61,548 nucleotides of DNA. It comes from Coriobacteriia bacterium. Lineage in GTDB: Bacteria; Actinomycetota; Coriobacteriia; Anaerosomatales; JAAXUF01. The translations under genes and the position numbers were made by a program. The notes under the pieces were generated by a model. It saw only the letters and a list, made by a program, of their open reading frames with translations. It did not search any database and was not told the origin of the DNA. Below, one piece after another: positions 48,188-58,260 of the stretch; the stretch's first letter is position 1; every line of letters begins with the position of its first letter. Location of the stretch: positions 1 through 61,548 of the forward strand of contig JARLGT010000021.1 in NCBI GenBank assembly GCA_031292615.1, in the 5' to 3' direction.

Positions 48188-49045
48188 CTACGGCTTCGGC
48201 ACCGCCGGGAACGGGCTCGCACCTCTGACGCTGTTGCTGTAGTAGCCCTGCTGCCCACCGGTCAGAAGCGCTACCAGCGTGAAGCGGCCCGCGCTGGTAC
48301 CCAGCGTGTCGAACGCCGAGAGCTTGCGCGCGGCGGCAGCCGCTGCCACGCCTGAGTTCGAGTCGATCGTCTCGGCACCCATCGCATACATACCGGCGGC
48401 CCCATACGCCTGAGACACGTCGAGGCCCGCCACGTCCGGCTGGCCGTCGAACGCGGCCAGGTCGACCGCCATCGTCGCCACGGTCGACGCCGAGAACCCC
48501 GAGAGCTTCATCGCGCCCGACGAAACGAGCGCATCGCTGAGCGTGTGCGCCGTAGCCGCTCCACTCCACTCGGCGGCCAACTGCTTAGCGACCTGCTCGC
48601 GCGTAGGTGTCACGGTCGCACTGCCCATGGCCGAAGCCGCTGCGCTCGCGATGGTCGACTGCGACAGGCCGAAGCCGGGCTTGGACAGTGTCACGACAGC
48701 CGCAGTACCCCCGGCGCCCTTGACTGCCTTGACGGCCTCATCGGCACCCTCTCCCGACGCACCGCTGGTCAGGATCATGACGGTTCGCCCAGCGAGGCGT
48801 CCGGCGGTCCACTCGTCGGTCATCTGCGAAGCGTAGGCGTCTTCCAGACTCAGGGAAGACCTCAGCGCGGTGTTCTGCTTCTTGATGGTGTTGAACTCGG
48901 ACTGCAGGCTTGAGACGAGCGCGCGTTGCTGCGAGTCGAAGACGCCTTGGCGAACGACCAAGCCGCCCAGCACGATGCCGATTGCGAGCGCCAAGAAGAC
49001 GGCGACGAGCGAGGCGATGTGATAGCGCAGGTTGTACATGGTCAC
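48188..49045 (-). CDS. steB: MctB/SteB-like envelope protein (Rv1698 family)
   Basis: An N-terminal TM segment is followed by coiled coil (RALVSSLQSEFNTIKKQNTALRS) and an Ala/Ser-rich extracytoplasmic domain. It sits immediately downstream of steA, as in Corynebacterineae. Confidence 0.55.
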   Translation of the reverse strand: MTMYNLRYHIASLVAVFLALAIGIVLGGLVVRQGVFDSQQRALVSSLQSEFNTIKKQNTALRSSLSLEDAYASQMTDEWTAGRLAGRTVMILTSGASGEGADEAVKAVKGAGGTAAVVTLSKPGFGLSQSTIASAAASAMGSATVTPTREQVAKQLAAEWSGAATAHTLSDALVSSGAMKLSGFSASTVATMAVDLAAFDGQPDVAGLDVSQAYGAAGMYAMGAETIDSNSGVAAAAAARKLSAFDTLGTSAGRFTLVALLTGGQQGYYSNSVRGASPFPAVPKP

Positions 49046-49069
49046 CCTTCGATGTGCCGAGTCGAGATG

Positions 49070-50191
49070 TTACGCACCGAACATGATACGCATGCGCAAC
49101 ACAATCAGCTCGATGAAGGCGCGCGCGGAAGGCGAGATGAGGATGACCGTGCCCACGACGACGATGCCGGCGACCAGTATCAGGAACAGGTAGCTCGGGC
49201 TGACCGAGGCGCGATAGAGCTTGTTGACGCCCTTGGCGTCGACGAGCTTGGGGCCGACCTTGAGACGCACGAGGAACGTCGAGGCCATCCCTTTGCGGCC
49301 CTTGTCGAGGTACTCGACCAGGTTAGCGTGCGTGCCGACCGCAACGATAAGGTCGGCTCCAGACTCCCACGCCAGCAGGAGCGCGAGGTCCTCGCTGGTG
49401 GCCGCCAGCGGCCACGCGACCCCGTCGAGCCCGAGCTCCTTCAGGCGCGCCATTCCGGGCGCTCGGCCGTCAGGGTAGGCGTGCACGATCAGCTCGGCGC
49501 CGGACTTCAGCGCCACGTCGGTCACCGAGTCCATGTCCCCCACGATCACGTCGGGCTCGAAGCCCGCCTCCATGATCGCGTCGGCGCCACCGTCGACTCC
49601 GATCAGCACCGGTCGCATCTCGTTGATGTAGGGCTTAAGCGTGTCGAGGTCTTCCTTGAAGTCGTAGCCGCGGACCACTACAAGTACCTGCCGGCCCTCG
49701 ATGTGTACGTCGGTCGGCGGCACCCACATCTCATCGATGAGGATGCCTTTTTCCTTCTCGAGGTACTCGATCGTGTTGCGCGCGAACCGGTCGAGCTGCT
49801 CGCCGAGACCAACCTTCGCGGCCTCCATGCGCTCCTCGACATCCTTGACCGAGAGCCTCGTCCCCGTCGCGATGACTTTCTTGCCAGACAGGATCTCGTC
49901 GCCGATCACCTGTATGATGTCGCCCTCATGGATCTGCTCGAAGATCTCGCATCCAGCCGCGTCGATGAGCGTGACTCCACCGCGCGTAAGCAGCAGCGGG
50001 CCGAGGTTGGGGTAGGCGCCGGAGATCGAAGGAGCCGCGTTAACGACAACCTCGACGCCAGTCTCGAGCAGCGACTCAGCGCTCACGCGATCCATGTCAA
50101 CATGGTCGATGATCGCGATGTCGTCCGGCCCCAGTCGTTTGACCAGGTCTTTTGTTCGCTTGTCGAGTTTCGCGACGCCCTCGTGGCGCAT
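49070..50191 (-). CDS. steA: putative cytokinetic ring protein SteA (Rv1697 family)
   Basis: A thiamine-pyrophosphokinase-like domain (VLIGVDGGADAIMEAGFEPDVIVGDMDSV) is followed by a C-terminal TM helix. It follows recN, as in Mycobacterium and Corynebacterium. Confidence 0.6.
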   Translation of the reverse strand: MRHEGVAKLDKRTKDLVKRLGPDDIAIIDHVDMDRVSAESLLETGVEVVVNAAPSISGAYPNLGPLLLTRGGVTLIDAAGCEIFEQIHEGDIIQVIGDEILSGKKVIATGTRLSVKDVEERMEAAKVGLGEQLDRFARNTIEYLEKEKGILIDEMWVPPTDVHIEGRQVLVVVRGYDFKEDLDTLKPYINEMRPVLIGVDGGADAIMEAGFEPDVIVGDMDSVTDVALKSGAELIVHAYPDGRAPGMARLKELGLDGVAWPLAATSEDLALLLAWESGADLIVAVGTHANLVEYLDKGRKGMASTFLVRLKVGPKLVDAKGVNKLYRASVSPSYLFLILVAGIVVVGTVILISPSARAFIELIVLRMRIMFGA

Positions 50192-50316
50192 GTGTCTCCC
50201 ACGGATTGAATTCGCACGCCCATGCAGCGTTCATCGCACCACGCCAGCACCGTGCCGACTGCGAATGCTACCACTCGGCATGCGCCGTCGTGTGACGTCC
50301 GAGTGGAGATGCTCGG

Positions 50317-51945
50317 TCAAATCGGCTGCTTGGCCGCTCGCAACAGTTCGCGTGCGTGGGCGATGGCCGTCGTAGAGTCGTTACCCGCAAGCATGCGAGC
50401 AATCTCGGCGACTCGAGACTCCGCCTCGACCAGCTGAACACTCGTGGCCGCCGAGAGTTCTCCTAGCGACTTGCTCACCACCAGCTGGGCATCGGCATAC
50501 GCGGCCACCTGCGCAAGGTGCGTGACGACGATGACCTGATGGCTCTCGGCGAGCTTGGCAAGCCTGCGCCCGACGGCATGTGCGGTCGCCCCGCCGATAC
50601 CCGCATCAATCTCGTCGAAGACGAGCGTCTCGACGGTGTCCGCCTCGCCCAGCACACCCTTGAGCGCCAGCATGACGCGCGAGATCTCGCCTCCCGACGC
50701 GATCTTCGCGAGCGGCCGCGGGGGCTGACCGGGTGCGGGAGCGAAGAGGAATTCGATGCGGTGCGAGCCCTCGGCTGTCCAATGGTCGAAGGCCAGATCG
50801 CTGATCGCGACCTCGAAACGCGCACCTTGCATGGCCAGGTCGCTGACAGCAGCACCCAGAGCGTCGATGAAACTCGGCACCGCACCTGCTCGGGCCGCCG
50901 CAAGCCGATCCGCTGCAACCCGCAGGTCGCCTTCTGCCGCCTCAACGGCCTCGTCGGCAGCACGCATGCCCTCTTCGCCCGCGTCGAATGCGGTGAGCGA
51001 TGCCACGGCATCATCTCGGGTGGCAATCACGTCGTCTAGGCGCGGGCCGTACTTGCGAATCAAGCCATGGAGTTCGGCGGTGCGCGCGAGCAACGCATCG
51101 AGTGACGCGGGATCGTGCTGGATCGCGTCGCGGTACGCGCGAAGCTCGGCGCCGGCGTCGTCGGCGAGCGCGCCAGCCTCGACTAGCCGCTCCGCCAGCG
51201 CATCGAGCGCGGGGTCGATGCCGGCGCTCTTCGCGAGTTCGGCGATGGCGAGCGCGAGGCAGTCGGTGGCTCCTCCATCGCCGCGAACGAGCTGCACGGC
51301 TTCGCTGGCCGCATCGGCGAGTCGCTCGGCATGCTGCAGCGCTGGCAGGCGAGCTTCGATCTCGGCATCCTCACCGGGAAGCGGTGCGGCAGCGCCGATT
51401 TCGTCGGCGACAAACCGCAGGTAGTCGGCGTTGCGGGCGCCCTCGGCGAGCTGTGCGGCCAGATGGTCGCGGGTCGCCACGGCGTCGCGGTGCGCGGTGC
51501 GCGCGGCTCGATACTCGTCGCGTGCGTCGGCGGCCGCGCTTCCCGCCCACCGGTCGAGATAGCCGACGTGGCTCGCAGGCTGCAGTAGCGCCTGGTGATC
51601 GTGTTGTCCGTGCAAGTCGACGAGCGGCCCGAGCTTCTCGGCGAGCAAGCCGACGGTCGCCATCTCGCCGTCGAGCGTGCAGCGGCTCCGGCCGTCGGCA
51701 CTCACGCGACGGCGTGCGACGATCTCCTCCCCCGCCGCACCGAACCGGCCCTCGACCATCGCCTCGGAAGCGCCCGCCCGCACGGACCCAGAGTCGGCTC
51801 GATCGCCGAGCAGCAGCTTGAGCGCGCCCAGGAGCGCCGTCTTGCCGGTGCCGGTCTCGCCGGTGAGCGCCGTCATGCCCGGGCCGAACTCGAGCCATGC
51901 CTCCTCGATGAGAGCCAGGTCGCGAACGTGCAGCTCGTCGAGCAT
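50317..51945 (-). CDS. recN: DNA repair protein RecN
   Basis: MLDELHVRDLALIEEAWLEFGPGMTALTGETGTGKT is the SMC-like Walker A, followed by a long coiled coil and a C-terminal signature. The real start is the ATG at 51945, 2 nt after the nadK stop. Confidence 0.9.
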   Translation of the reverse strand: MLDELHVRDLALIEEAWLEFGPGMTALTGETGTGKTALLGALKLLLGDRADSGSVRAGASEAMVEGRFGAAGEEIVARRRVSADGRSRCTLDGEMATVGLLAEKLGPLVDLHGQHDHQALLQPASHVGYLDRWAGSAAADARDEYRAARTAHRDAVATRDHLAAQLAEGARNADYLRFVADEIGAAAPLPGEDAEIEARLPALQHAERLADAASEAVQLVRGDGGATDCLALAIAELAKSAGIDPALDALAERLVEAGALADDAGAELRAYRDAIQHDPASLDALLARTAELHGLIRKYGPRLDDVIATRDDAVASLTAFDAGEEGMRAADEAVEAAEGDLRVAADRLAAARAGAVPSFIDALGAAVSDLAMQGARFEVAISDLAFDHWTAEGSHRIEFLFAPAPGQPPRPLAKIASGGEISRVMLALKGVLGEADTVETLVFDEIDAGIGGATAHAVGRRLAKLAESHQVIVVTHLAQVAAYADAQLVVSKSLGELSAATSVQLVEAESRVAEIARMLAGNDSTTAIAHARELLRAAKQPI

Positions 51946-51947
51946 GT

Positions 51948-52796
51948 CTAGCCCCCGAAGAACTCGGACGAGAGCGTCTCGTAGAAGTGGCGCCCGTCGA
52001 GTTTGACCAGCAACACGTCGACCGATCCGCGGGACACTGTGACGCGCTCCAGGAGCTGCCGGCACGGCGTTGGGTCGCCGTCGACCACGAGACAGGCGTC
52101 TGCGCGCGTCGGGTCCGGAAGGGTGATTTCGACCGTGTCGTTGACGTCTGTGACGATGGCGCGGGATCGCAACGTGTGCGGCGCCACCGGTACCACGACC
52201 ATGCCGCCGAATCCCGGCGCGACAGCAGGGCCGCCCGCCGAAAGCGCGTATGCGGTGGATCCGGTCGCGGTAGCGACCACGATTCCGTCGGCGCGGGCTT
52301 TGAGGATGGAGTGGCCGTCGATCGTCAGGTCGAACGCGACCACGCGCCCCGAAGGACCGCGCGATACGACGATCTCGTTGAGCGCGAGATAGCTGCCAAC
52401 CGGTCGGCCGTCCATGATGACCTCCGCGCGCAACGTGGCGCGCCGCTCCACGCGAGCCTCCCCCGACAACGTCGTCTCGATTGCCTCGCGCATGTGCTCG
52501 GGGCTCGCTCCAGATAGGAAGCCGAGTCTCCCGAACTTCACCCCGAGCATTGGGATCTCAGCGCCGCCGAGCAGATGCACGGCCTTCAGAATCGTGCCGT
52601 CGCCGCCCAGTGCAACCGTGAGCGCCAGATCGCCGAAATCGGTCGACGCCACGCCAAAGTCCGCGAGTCCGGACTCCTCGGCGTCAGACTGCGCCAGCAC
52701 GGGCTCGAGCCCCTGTCCGAGCAGCCACGTCGATAGCTCGGCAGCCGCGGCCACCGCGCCAGGATGCCGCGTGTTGGGTACGAGCAGAACCCGCAT
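51948..52796 (-). CDS. nadK: NAD kinase
   Basis: GGDGT is the NAD kinase motif (LALTVALGGDGTILKA). The start is set at MRVLLV (52796). Confidence 0.85.
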   Translation of the reverse strand: MRVLLVPNTRHPGAVAAAAELSTWLLGQGLEPVLAQSDAEESGLADFGVASTDFGDLALTVALGGDGTILKAVHLLGGAEIPMLGVKFGRLGFLSGASPEHMREAIETTLSGEARVERRATLRAEVIMDGRPVGSYLALNEIVVSRGPSGRVVAFDLTIDGHSILKARADGIVVATATGSTAYALSAGGPAVAPGFGGMVVVPVAPHTLRSRAIVTDVNDTVEITLPDPTRADACLVVDGDPTPCRQLLERVTVSRGSVDVLLVKLDGRHFYETLSSEFFGG

Positions 52797-52798
52797 GC

Positions 52799-53596
52799 TC
52801 ACAAGCCTCCCAGCTTCTCGTGTGCTAGGGCGACGACCTCTTCGGCCGTCGCCGCAGTTGACTCTCCATCGCGCCCCGCCCACAACCAGAACTCGATGTT
52901 ACCCTCCGGGCCCTTGATGGGCGAGAACGTCAGGCCCCTGATCGCCAGTCCGGCCTCGTCTGCGGCGGCGGCGGCCCCACGCAAGACCTCGATGTGGACG
53001 GCAGGGTCTGTTACGACGCCCTTTTTTCCCACGTGCCCCTTACTCGCCTCGAACTGCGGCTTTACCAGCGCGACGAGCATACCCGCCTCACCGAGCAATG
53101 CCACAACGTGCGGCATCACAGCCCGCAGCGAGATAAACGACACGTCGACCACCGCAAGGTCGAAAGGCGCTCCAAGCTCCGTGGGATCGGTGGCGCGGAT
53201 GTTGGTGCGCTCTACGACAGTGACGCGGTCGTCCGTGCGAAGTGACCAAGCGAGCTGTCCATAGCCGACGTCGATCGCGACGACATCCGACACACCACGC
53301 TGGAGTAGGCAGTCGGTGAATCCGCCGGTGGATACACCCACGTCGACCGCGTGGGCGCCCGAAACGTCGATGCCGAAGACCTCCAGGGCACCGTCCAGCT
53401 TCTCCCCACCGCGCGAGACGAAGCGTCGGTGCGCTGTGATTTCGATGACGGCGTCCTCAGTGACGGGCTGCCCAGCCTTGGTGACGATCTCGCCATCGAC
53501 GCGCACGTCCCCGGCGAGCACGGCCGCCCGCGCTCTTTCGAGCGACGGCAACAGCCCGCGCTCAGCGAGCTCCGCGTCGATGCGGCGCCGTGTCAC
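52799..53596 (-). CDS. tlyA: TlyA-family rRNA 2'-O-methyltransferase (hemolysin A-like)
   Basis: An S4 domain (RIDAELAERGL) is followed by an FtsJ-like MTase (DVGVSTGGFTD). Confidence 0.85.
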   Translation of the reverse strand: MTRRRIDAELAERGLLPSLERARAAVLAGDVRVDGEIVTKAGQPVTEDAVIEITAHRRFVSRGGEKLDGALEVFGIDVSGAHAVDVGVSTGGFTDCLLQRGVSDVVAIDVGYGQLAWSLRTDDRVTVVERTNIRATDPTELGAPFDLAVVDVSFISLRAVMPHVVALLGEAGMLVALVKPQFEASKGHVGKKGVVTDPAVHIEVLRGAAAAADEAGLAIRGLTFSPIKGPEGNIEFWLWAGRDGESTAATAEEVVALAHEKLGGL

Positions 53597-55514
53597 GATC
53601 GTCCGCCTCTCCTGCTGAGTCCAGCGAGCCAGAGCTCGACGCCACGTCCTCGAGGCGACCGACGACCGCGGCCGTCACGCCTTCAGGGGTAAGCCCCATG
53701 TCCGAGAGCAGGCGCGAAGTCGCACCGTGCGTAACGAAGCAGTCCGGAATGGCGAGCCGCAGCACGGGTACGGTCAGCCGAAGATCGGCCAGCGCCTCGC
53801 AAACGCCGCTGCCGAAGCCACCCATGCTGGTGTTCTCCTCGACGGTAACCACCAAGCGGTGGGAGTTGGCCGCCCACGAGATCGTCTCAAGGTCGAGCGG
53901 CTTGACCCACCGAGCGTTGACCACACTTGCCGAGACCCCCGCGGCCTCGAGCAGGTCAGCAGCAGCTAGGCATGTCTGCGTCATGCGCCCTGCAGCCAGC
54001 ATCGCGACGTCGCTGCCTTCTCGGCGGATGTCGGCCTTGGCGGCCTCCCAGGCCCGGGCCTCGGCGGGCAGCTCGAGACCGATGCCGGCACCACGCGGGT
54101 AGCGGATGGCCACGGGCCCGTCTGCGACGATTGCCGTGTGCAGCGCCTCGGCGAGTTCGATCTCGTCGGAGGGCGCGAGAATCGTCATGTTGGGGATCGA
54201 GCGAAGGTACGTCAGGTCGAAGACGCCGTGGTGAGTGGGGCCATCCTCGCCCACAAGGCCCGCGCGGTCCAAGCAGAACACCACGTGCAGGTTCTGCAGC
54301 GCGACATCCATGATCAGCTGGTCGTAGGCGCGCTGCAGGAACGTCGAGTAGATTGCGACCACCGGGATGCGGCCGCCCACGGCCATGCCGGCGGCCATGC
54401 CGACAGCGTGCTCCTCGGCGATACCGACATCGTAGAAGCGGTCGGGATAGGCCTTTGCGAAGCGGTCCAGCCCGGTTCCCGACGGCATTGCGGCGGTGAT
54501 AGCCACGATGCGGTCGTCGCGGGCCGCCTCGGCTACGAGAGAGCGCGAGAACGCCTCGGTGAAGCTCATCGGACCGCCACTCCCGTTGACCTTGCCGGTC
54601 GCGATGGAGAACGGGCCGATTCCGTGGAACGCGTCGGGGTGATTCTGGGCGTGCTCGTAGCCTTGGCCCTTGCGTGTCACGGCGTGAATGATCACCGGGC
54701 CATCGATGCTCTTGGCGCGCTCGACCGAAGCCTGCACCTGCGCGATGTCGTGGCCGTCGATGGGGCCGACGTACTTCAGCCCCAGCTCCTCGAAGAGCAT
54801 CCCAGGCACGAGGAGCTGCTTGAACGACTCCTTGACCGCCTCGCCAGCGCCGACCATGACGCGGCCGATGGGGTGGATCGCGAGTGCCGACTCCACACCG
54901 TCGCGAAGGCGCGTGTAGCGCGGATCCAGACGCACGCGAGCCAGGTAACTCGCCAGCGCGCCCACGTTCTGCGAGATCGACATCTCGTTATCGTTGAGTA
55001 CGATCACCAGCCGCGTACCGAGATGCCCGATGTGGTTGAGTGCCTCAAACGCCATCCCGCCGGTGAGCGAACCGTCCCCGATGACCGCCAAGATCGTCTC
55101 GTCACCGCCGCGTGCGTCACGCGCCAGCGCCATGCCGAGCGCGACCGAGAGCGAGTCGGAGGCGTGACCGGTGTCGAAAGCGTCGTACGGGCTCTCGCTG
55201 CGCTTGGGGAAGCCGCACACGCCGCCGTACTGTCGAAGCGTGTCGAAACGGGCGAGCCGTCCGGTGATGAGCTTGTGCACGTACGACTGGTGGCCGACGT
55301 CGAAGATGATGCGGTCGGCCGGGCAGTCCAGTGCGCGGTGGATGCCGAGGGTCAGCTCCACCGCTCCCAGATTGGGAGCGAGATGCCCGCCGGTCGCCGA
55401 GACGGTGTGCACAAGCTCGTCGCGGATCTCCTTGGACAGACGCGTCAGCTGGACGTCAGAGAGTGCTTTGACGTCGCAGGGCGCGCTTATCGAGTCAAGG
55501 ATGCGTTCGGGCAC
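53562..55514 (-). CDS. dxs: 1-deoxy-D-xylulose-5-phosphate synthase
   Basis: The TPP-binding region GHASDSLSVALGMA...GDGSLTGGMAFEALN is present, along with transketolase-like domains. Confidence 0.9.
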   Translation of the reverse strand: MPERILDSISAPCDVKALSDVQLTRLSKEIRDELVHTVSATGGHLAPNLGAVELTLGIHRALDCPADRIIFDVGHQSYVHKLITGRLARFDTLRQYGGVCGFPKRSESPYDAFDTGHASDSLSVALGMALARDARGGDETILAVIGDGSLTGGMAFEALNHIGHLGTRLVIVLNDNEMSISQNVGALASYLARVRLDPRYTRLRDGVESALAIHPIGRVMVGAGEAVKESFKQLLVPGMLFEELGLKYVGPIDGHDIAQVQASVERAKSIDGPVIIHAVTRKGQGYEHAQNHPDAFHGIGPFSIATGKVNGSGGPMSFTEAFSRSLVAEAARDDRIVAITAAMPSGTGLDRFAKAYPDRFYDVGIAEEHAVGMAAGMAVGGRIPVVAIYSTFLQRAYDQLIMDVALQNLHVVFCLDRAGLVGEDGPTHHGVFDLTYLRSIPNMTILAPSDEIELAEALHTAIVADGPVAIRYPRGAGIGLELPAEARAWEAAKADIRREGSDVAMLAAGRMTQTCLAAADLLEAAGVSASVVNARWVKPLDLETISWAANSHRLVVTVEENTSMGGFGSGVCEALADLRLTVPVLRLAIPDCFVTHGATSRLLSDMGLTPEGVTAAVVGRLEDVASSSGSLDSAGEADDRDTAPHRRGAR

Positions 55515-55616
55515 CGAGCGAGATCATCTCCATTGCGTTGCTTCTGGCTTGGCTACGGGCCGTCAGATGAGGATACTTCCCCCGCTGCCTGCGGGACAAC
55601 GAGCGTAGACGCCGTG

Positions 55617-56099
55617 TTACCGCTCGGCAGCCGACGGGTCGTCGGCGTCTTGAAGGCTCTCGGCGGGCGATTCTTCGGCCCAAGCGTCGTCGGCGTCCTC
55701 GAAGTCGTCGGAAACCGAGTACTCGCTGACCTCAATCACCTCGGCGACGAAGTTGCCGTCGTCGTCGGAGATAACGACGTCCTCGATGACCGCGACACCT
55801 TCGACCACAACGGTCTCGTCTTCCCCCGACGTCTCGACAGCAGCCTCCGGCTGCGCTGCCTCGGGCACTGCGACAGCATCCTCCACCGCACCAGAGACCT
55901 CCTCACCACCAAGCTCGGGTGGCGTGGTGCCGACCCAGTCCTGGTGGTCGATCAGCTCGGTACAGGCGTTGGCGAGACGAACGCCCTCCTCGAGCAGATC
56001 GAGGCTCTTCTCCAGTGACGTGTCCTTCTTGCGCACCTGCGACACGATCTCCTCGAGTCTCGTGCGCGCCGTGCTGAAGCTGTACGATTCGTCGGCCAT
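55617..56099 (-). CDS. xseB: exodeoxyribonuclease VII small subunit with a long acidic C-terminal extension
   Basis: SFSTARTRLEEIVSQVRKKDTSLEKSLDLLEEGVRLANACTELI matches the XseB helix-hairpin. The ATG at 56099 is 1 nt after the nusB stop. The roughly 85-aa acidic (Asp/Glu/Val-rich) tail is atypical. Confidence 0.6.
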   Translation of the reverse strand: MADESYSFSTARTRLEEIVSQVRKKDTSLEKSLDLLEEGVRLANACTELIDHQDWVGTTPPELGGEEVSGAVEDAVAVPEAAQPEAAVETSGEDETVVVEGVAVIEDVVISDDDGNFVAEVIEVSEYSVSDDFEDADDAWAEESPAESLQDADDPSAAER

Positions 56100-56100
56100 G

Positions 56101-56526
56101 CTACTCAGGCTCCTGATCTGCATGCTCTTCGCGCCTCAAAGCGATCTTACCGAGCACTCCGTTGACGAACTTCGACGAGTCCTCGCCGCCGTATACCTTG
56201 GCCAGCTCGACTGCCTCGTTGATCGCCACGCTGGGCGGGACCTCGGCGTCGTAGAGGATCTCGTAGGTGGCAATGCGCAAGATGTTGCGGTCGACCAGCG
56301 GCATGCGCGTCACGGCCCAGTTCTCCGAGACCTCGCCGATCATCTCGTCCAGGCCGTCGATGTACTTCTCAACACCGCCGACAAGCTCTCGGCAGTACTC
56401 ATCGGGCTCGCCGTCTTCCAGCGAGTACATCTTCAGGCCGAGAATGCGGCTGATGGTGTCCCCGGTTATGTCGCGTTGATAGAGGATCTGCAACGCCTGG
56501 CGGCGCGCGCGGGTACGCTCAAGCAT
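56101..56526 (-). CDS. nusB: transcription antitermination factor NusB
   Basis: RRQALQILYQRDITG...ILRIATYEILY is the NusB signature. Confidence 0.85.
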   Translation of the reverse strand: MLERTRARRQALQILYQRDITGDTISRILGLKMYSLEDGEPDEYCRELVGGVEKYIDGLDEMIGEVSENWAVTRMPLVDRNILRIATYEILYDAEVPPSVAINEAVELAKVYGGEDSSKFVNGVLGKIALRREEHADQEPE

Positions 56527-56529
56527 CCG

Positions 56530-56877
56530 CTACTCGGCGAACACGATGCCGTCGACATATACGTCGACGCCGGCGATCTCGACGCCCACCTGGCTCGAGA
56601 CTGCGTCCGCTACGGCAACCTGCACCGCGGTGGCGACGTCCTTGAGCTTGTGGCCATAGAGCACCTGGATGTGGATCGTTGCGGTGATGCCTCCGTCTTC
56701 GGCAACACACACGTCGACGGCGCGAGCGCCCTTGCGGGCACCTTTCTGGACCAGTCCGGCGATGCCGGGGGCGCCGACGGCTGCAACGCCTTCGACGGTC
56801 TCGGTGGCCATGGTCACGATTGTGTCGAGGACTCCGGGCGCGATACCCAGGCCTTCGAGGCGAATCTCATCAGACAT
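56530..56877 (-). CDS. Asp23/Gls24-family envelope stress protein
   Basis: IAPGVLDTIVTMATETVEGVA...VAVADAVSSQVGVEIAGVDVYVDGI matches the Asp23 family. Confidence 0.8.
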   Translation of the reverse strand: MSDEIRLEGLGIAPGVLDTIVTMATETVEGVAAVGAPGIAGLVQKGARKGARAVDVCVAEDGGITATIHIQVLYGHKLKDVATAVQVAVADAVSSQVGVEIAGVDVYVDGIVFAE

Positions 56878-56898
56878 CGTCGTCTCCCTTGCTGGCGC

Positions 56899-58245
56899 CT
56901 AGACCGACATCTCGGTCTCGACGAAGTCAGTATAGACGTCGCCTCTCTGGAAGGCCTCGTTCTCCACGACCGCCTGATGGAACGGGATCGTGGTAGGAAT
57001 GCCCACGACGATGAACTCGTCCAGGGCGCGACGGGCGCGCGCGACAGCTTCGTCGCGCGTCTCGCCCCACACGACCAGCTTGCCCAACAGCGAGTCGTAG
57101 GTGGGCGGTACACGGTAACCGGAGTAGACGTGGCTGTCGATGCGCACTCCGAAGCCGCCAGGAGGGTTGAACACTTCGATCAGGCCGGGGTGCGGCCGGA
57201 AGTTGTGCGCGGGGTCTTCGGCATTGATGCGGAACTCGATGGCGTGTCCACGCTTGACGATCTCGGCCTGCGTCTTGTGGCGCATCTCCTCGCCTGCGGC
57301 GATACGAATCTGCTCCTTGATCACGTCGACGCCCGTAATCTGCTCGGTGATGGGATGCTCGACTTGGACGCGCGTGTTCATCTCCATGAAGTAGAACTTG
57401 CCGTCGGTGTCGAGCAGGAACTCGATCGTGCCGGCGTTTTCGTAGTCGACGGCGCGCACGGCCTTCATCGCGGCCTCGCCCATCGCGGCACGCAGCTCGG
57501 GGGTCAGTGCCGGGCTCGGCGCTTCTTCGACGAGCTTCTGGTGACGACGCTGGATGGAACAGTCGCGCTCGTAAAGGTGCACGGCATTGCCGTGTGAGTC
57601 GGCCAAGATCTGCATCTCGACGTGACGCGGGCGCAGTAGGTACTTCTCGATGTAGACCTCGTCGTTGCCGAACGCCGCAGCTGCTTCGGTCTTGGCGGCC
57701 ACAAGGTTAGACTTGAGCTCCTCGGCGTCCTTGGCCACGCGCATGCCCTTGCCACCGCCGCCCGCACTCGCCTTGATAAGTACGGGGAAGCCGACCTCCT
57801 CGGCGAAGCGCAGCGCCTCGCTGTAGCTCTCGACGATGCCGTCGGAGCCCGGGACGGTCGGCACGCCAGCCGCCATCATGGTCTCGCGCGCAACCGACTT
57901 GTCACCCATACGATCGATCGCGTCGGGCGACGGACCGATGAAGACGATTCCCGAGTCGGCGCAGGCACGCGCGAAGGCGGAGTTCTCGGCGAGGAAGCCG
58001 TAGCCGGGGTGGATCGCTTGCGCTCCGGTACCCAGAGCCGCCGAGATGATGTTGGACATGTTGAGGTAGGACTGAGGGGCCGGCGTTGGGCCGATGCAAA
58101 CGGCATGGTCGGCCATGGCGACAGGCAAGGAGCCCCGGTCACCTTCCGAGAAGACGGCTACGGTCTCGACGCCCATCTCCTTGGCGGCACGGATGACGCG
58201 AAGCGCGACTTCGCCGCGGTTCGCGATCAGGATGCGATCGAACAC
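56899..58245 (-). CDS. accC: biotin carboxylase (AccC / PycA-type subunit)
   Basis: The ATP-grasp biotin carboxylase signature is present: MFDRILIANRGEVALRVIRAAKEMG...MEMNTRVQVEHPITE. Confidence 0.9.
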   Translation of the reverse strand: MFDRILIANRGEVALRVIRAAKEMGVETVAVFSEGDRGSLPVAMADHAVCIGPTPAPQSYLNMSNIISAALGTGAQAIHPGYGFLAENSAFARACADSGIVFIGPSPDAIDRMGDKSVARETMMAAGVPTVPGSDGIVESYSEALRFAEEVGFPVLIKASAGGGGKGMRVAKDAEELKSNLVAAKTEAAAAFGNDEVYIEKYLLRPRHVEMQILADSHGNAVHLYERDCSIQRRHQKLVEEAPSPALTPELRAAMGEAAMKAVRAVDYENAGTIEFLLDTDGKFYFMEMNTRVQVEHPITEQITGVDVIKEQIRIAAGEEMRHKTQAEIVKRGHAIEFRINAEDPAHNFRPHPGLIEVFNPPGGFGVRIDSHVYSGYRVPPTYDSLLGKLVVWGETRDEAVARARRALDEFIVVGIPTTIPFHQAVVENEAFQRGDVYTDFVETEMSV

Positions 58246-58260
58246 AGATGACCTCCGGCT

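Noticed and set aside
50192-50316. Possible tRNA or small RNA in the recN-steA spacer (GGATTGAATTCG resembles a T-loop)
   Set aside because: No acceptor or anticodon stem pairing could be drawn, and the GGTTCGANTCC consensus is not met. No tRNA-like cloverleaf was found in any intergenic gap.
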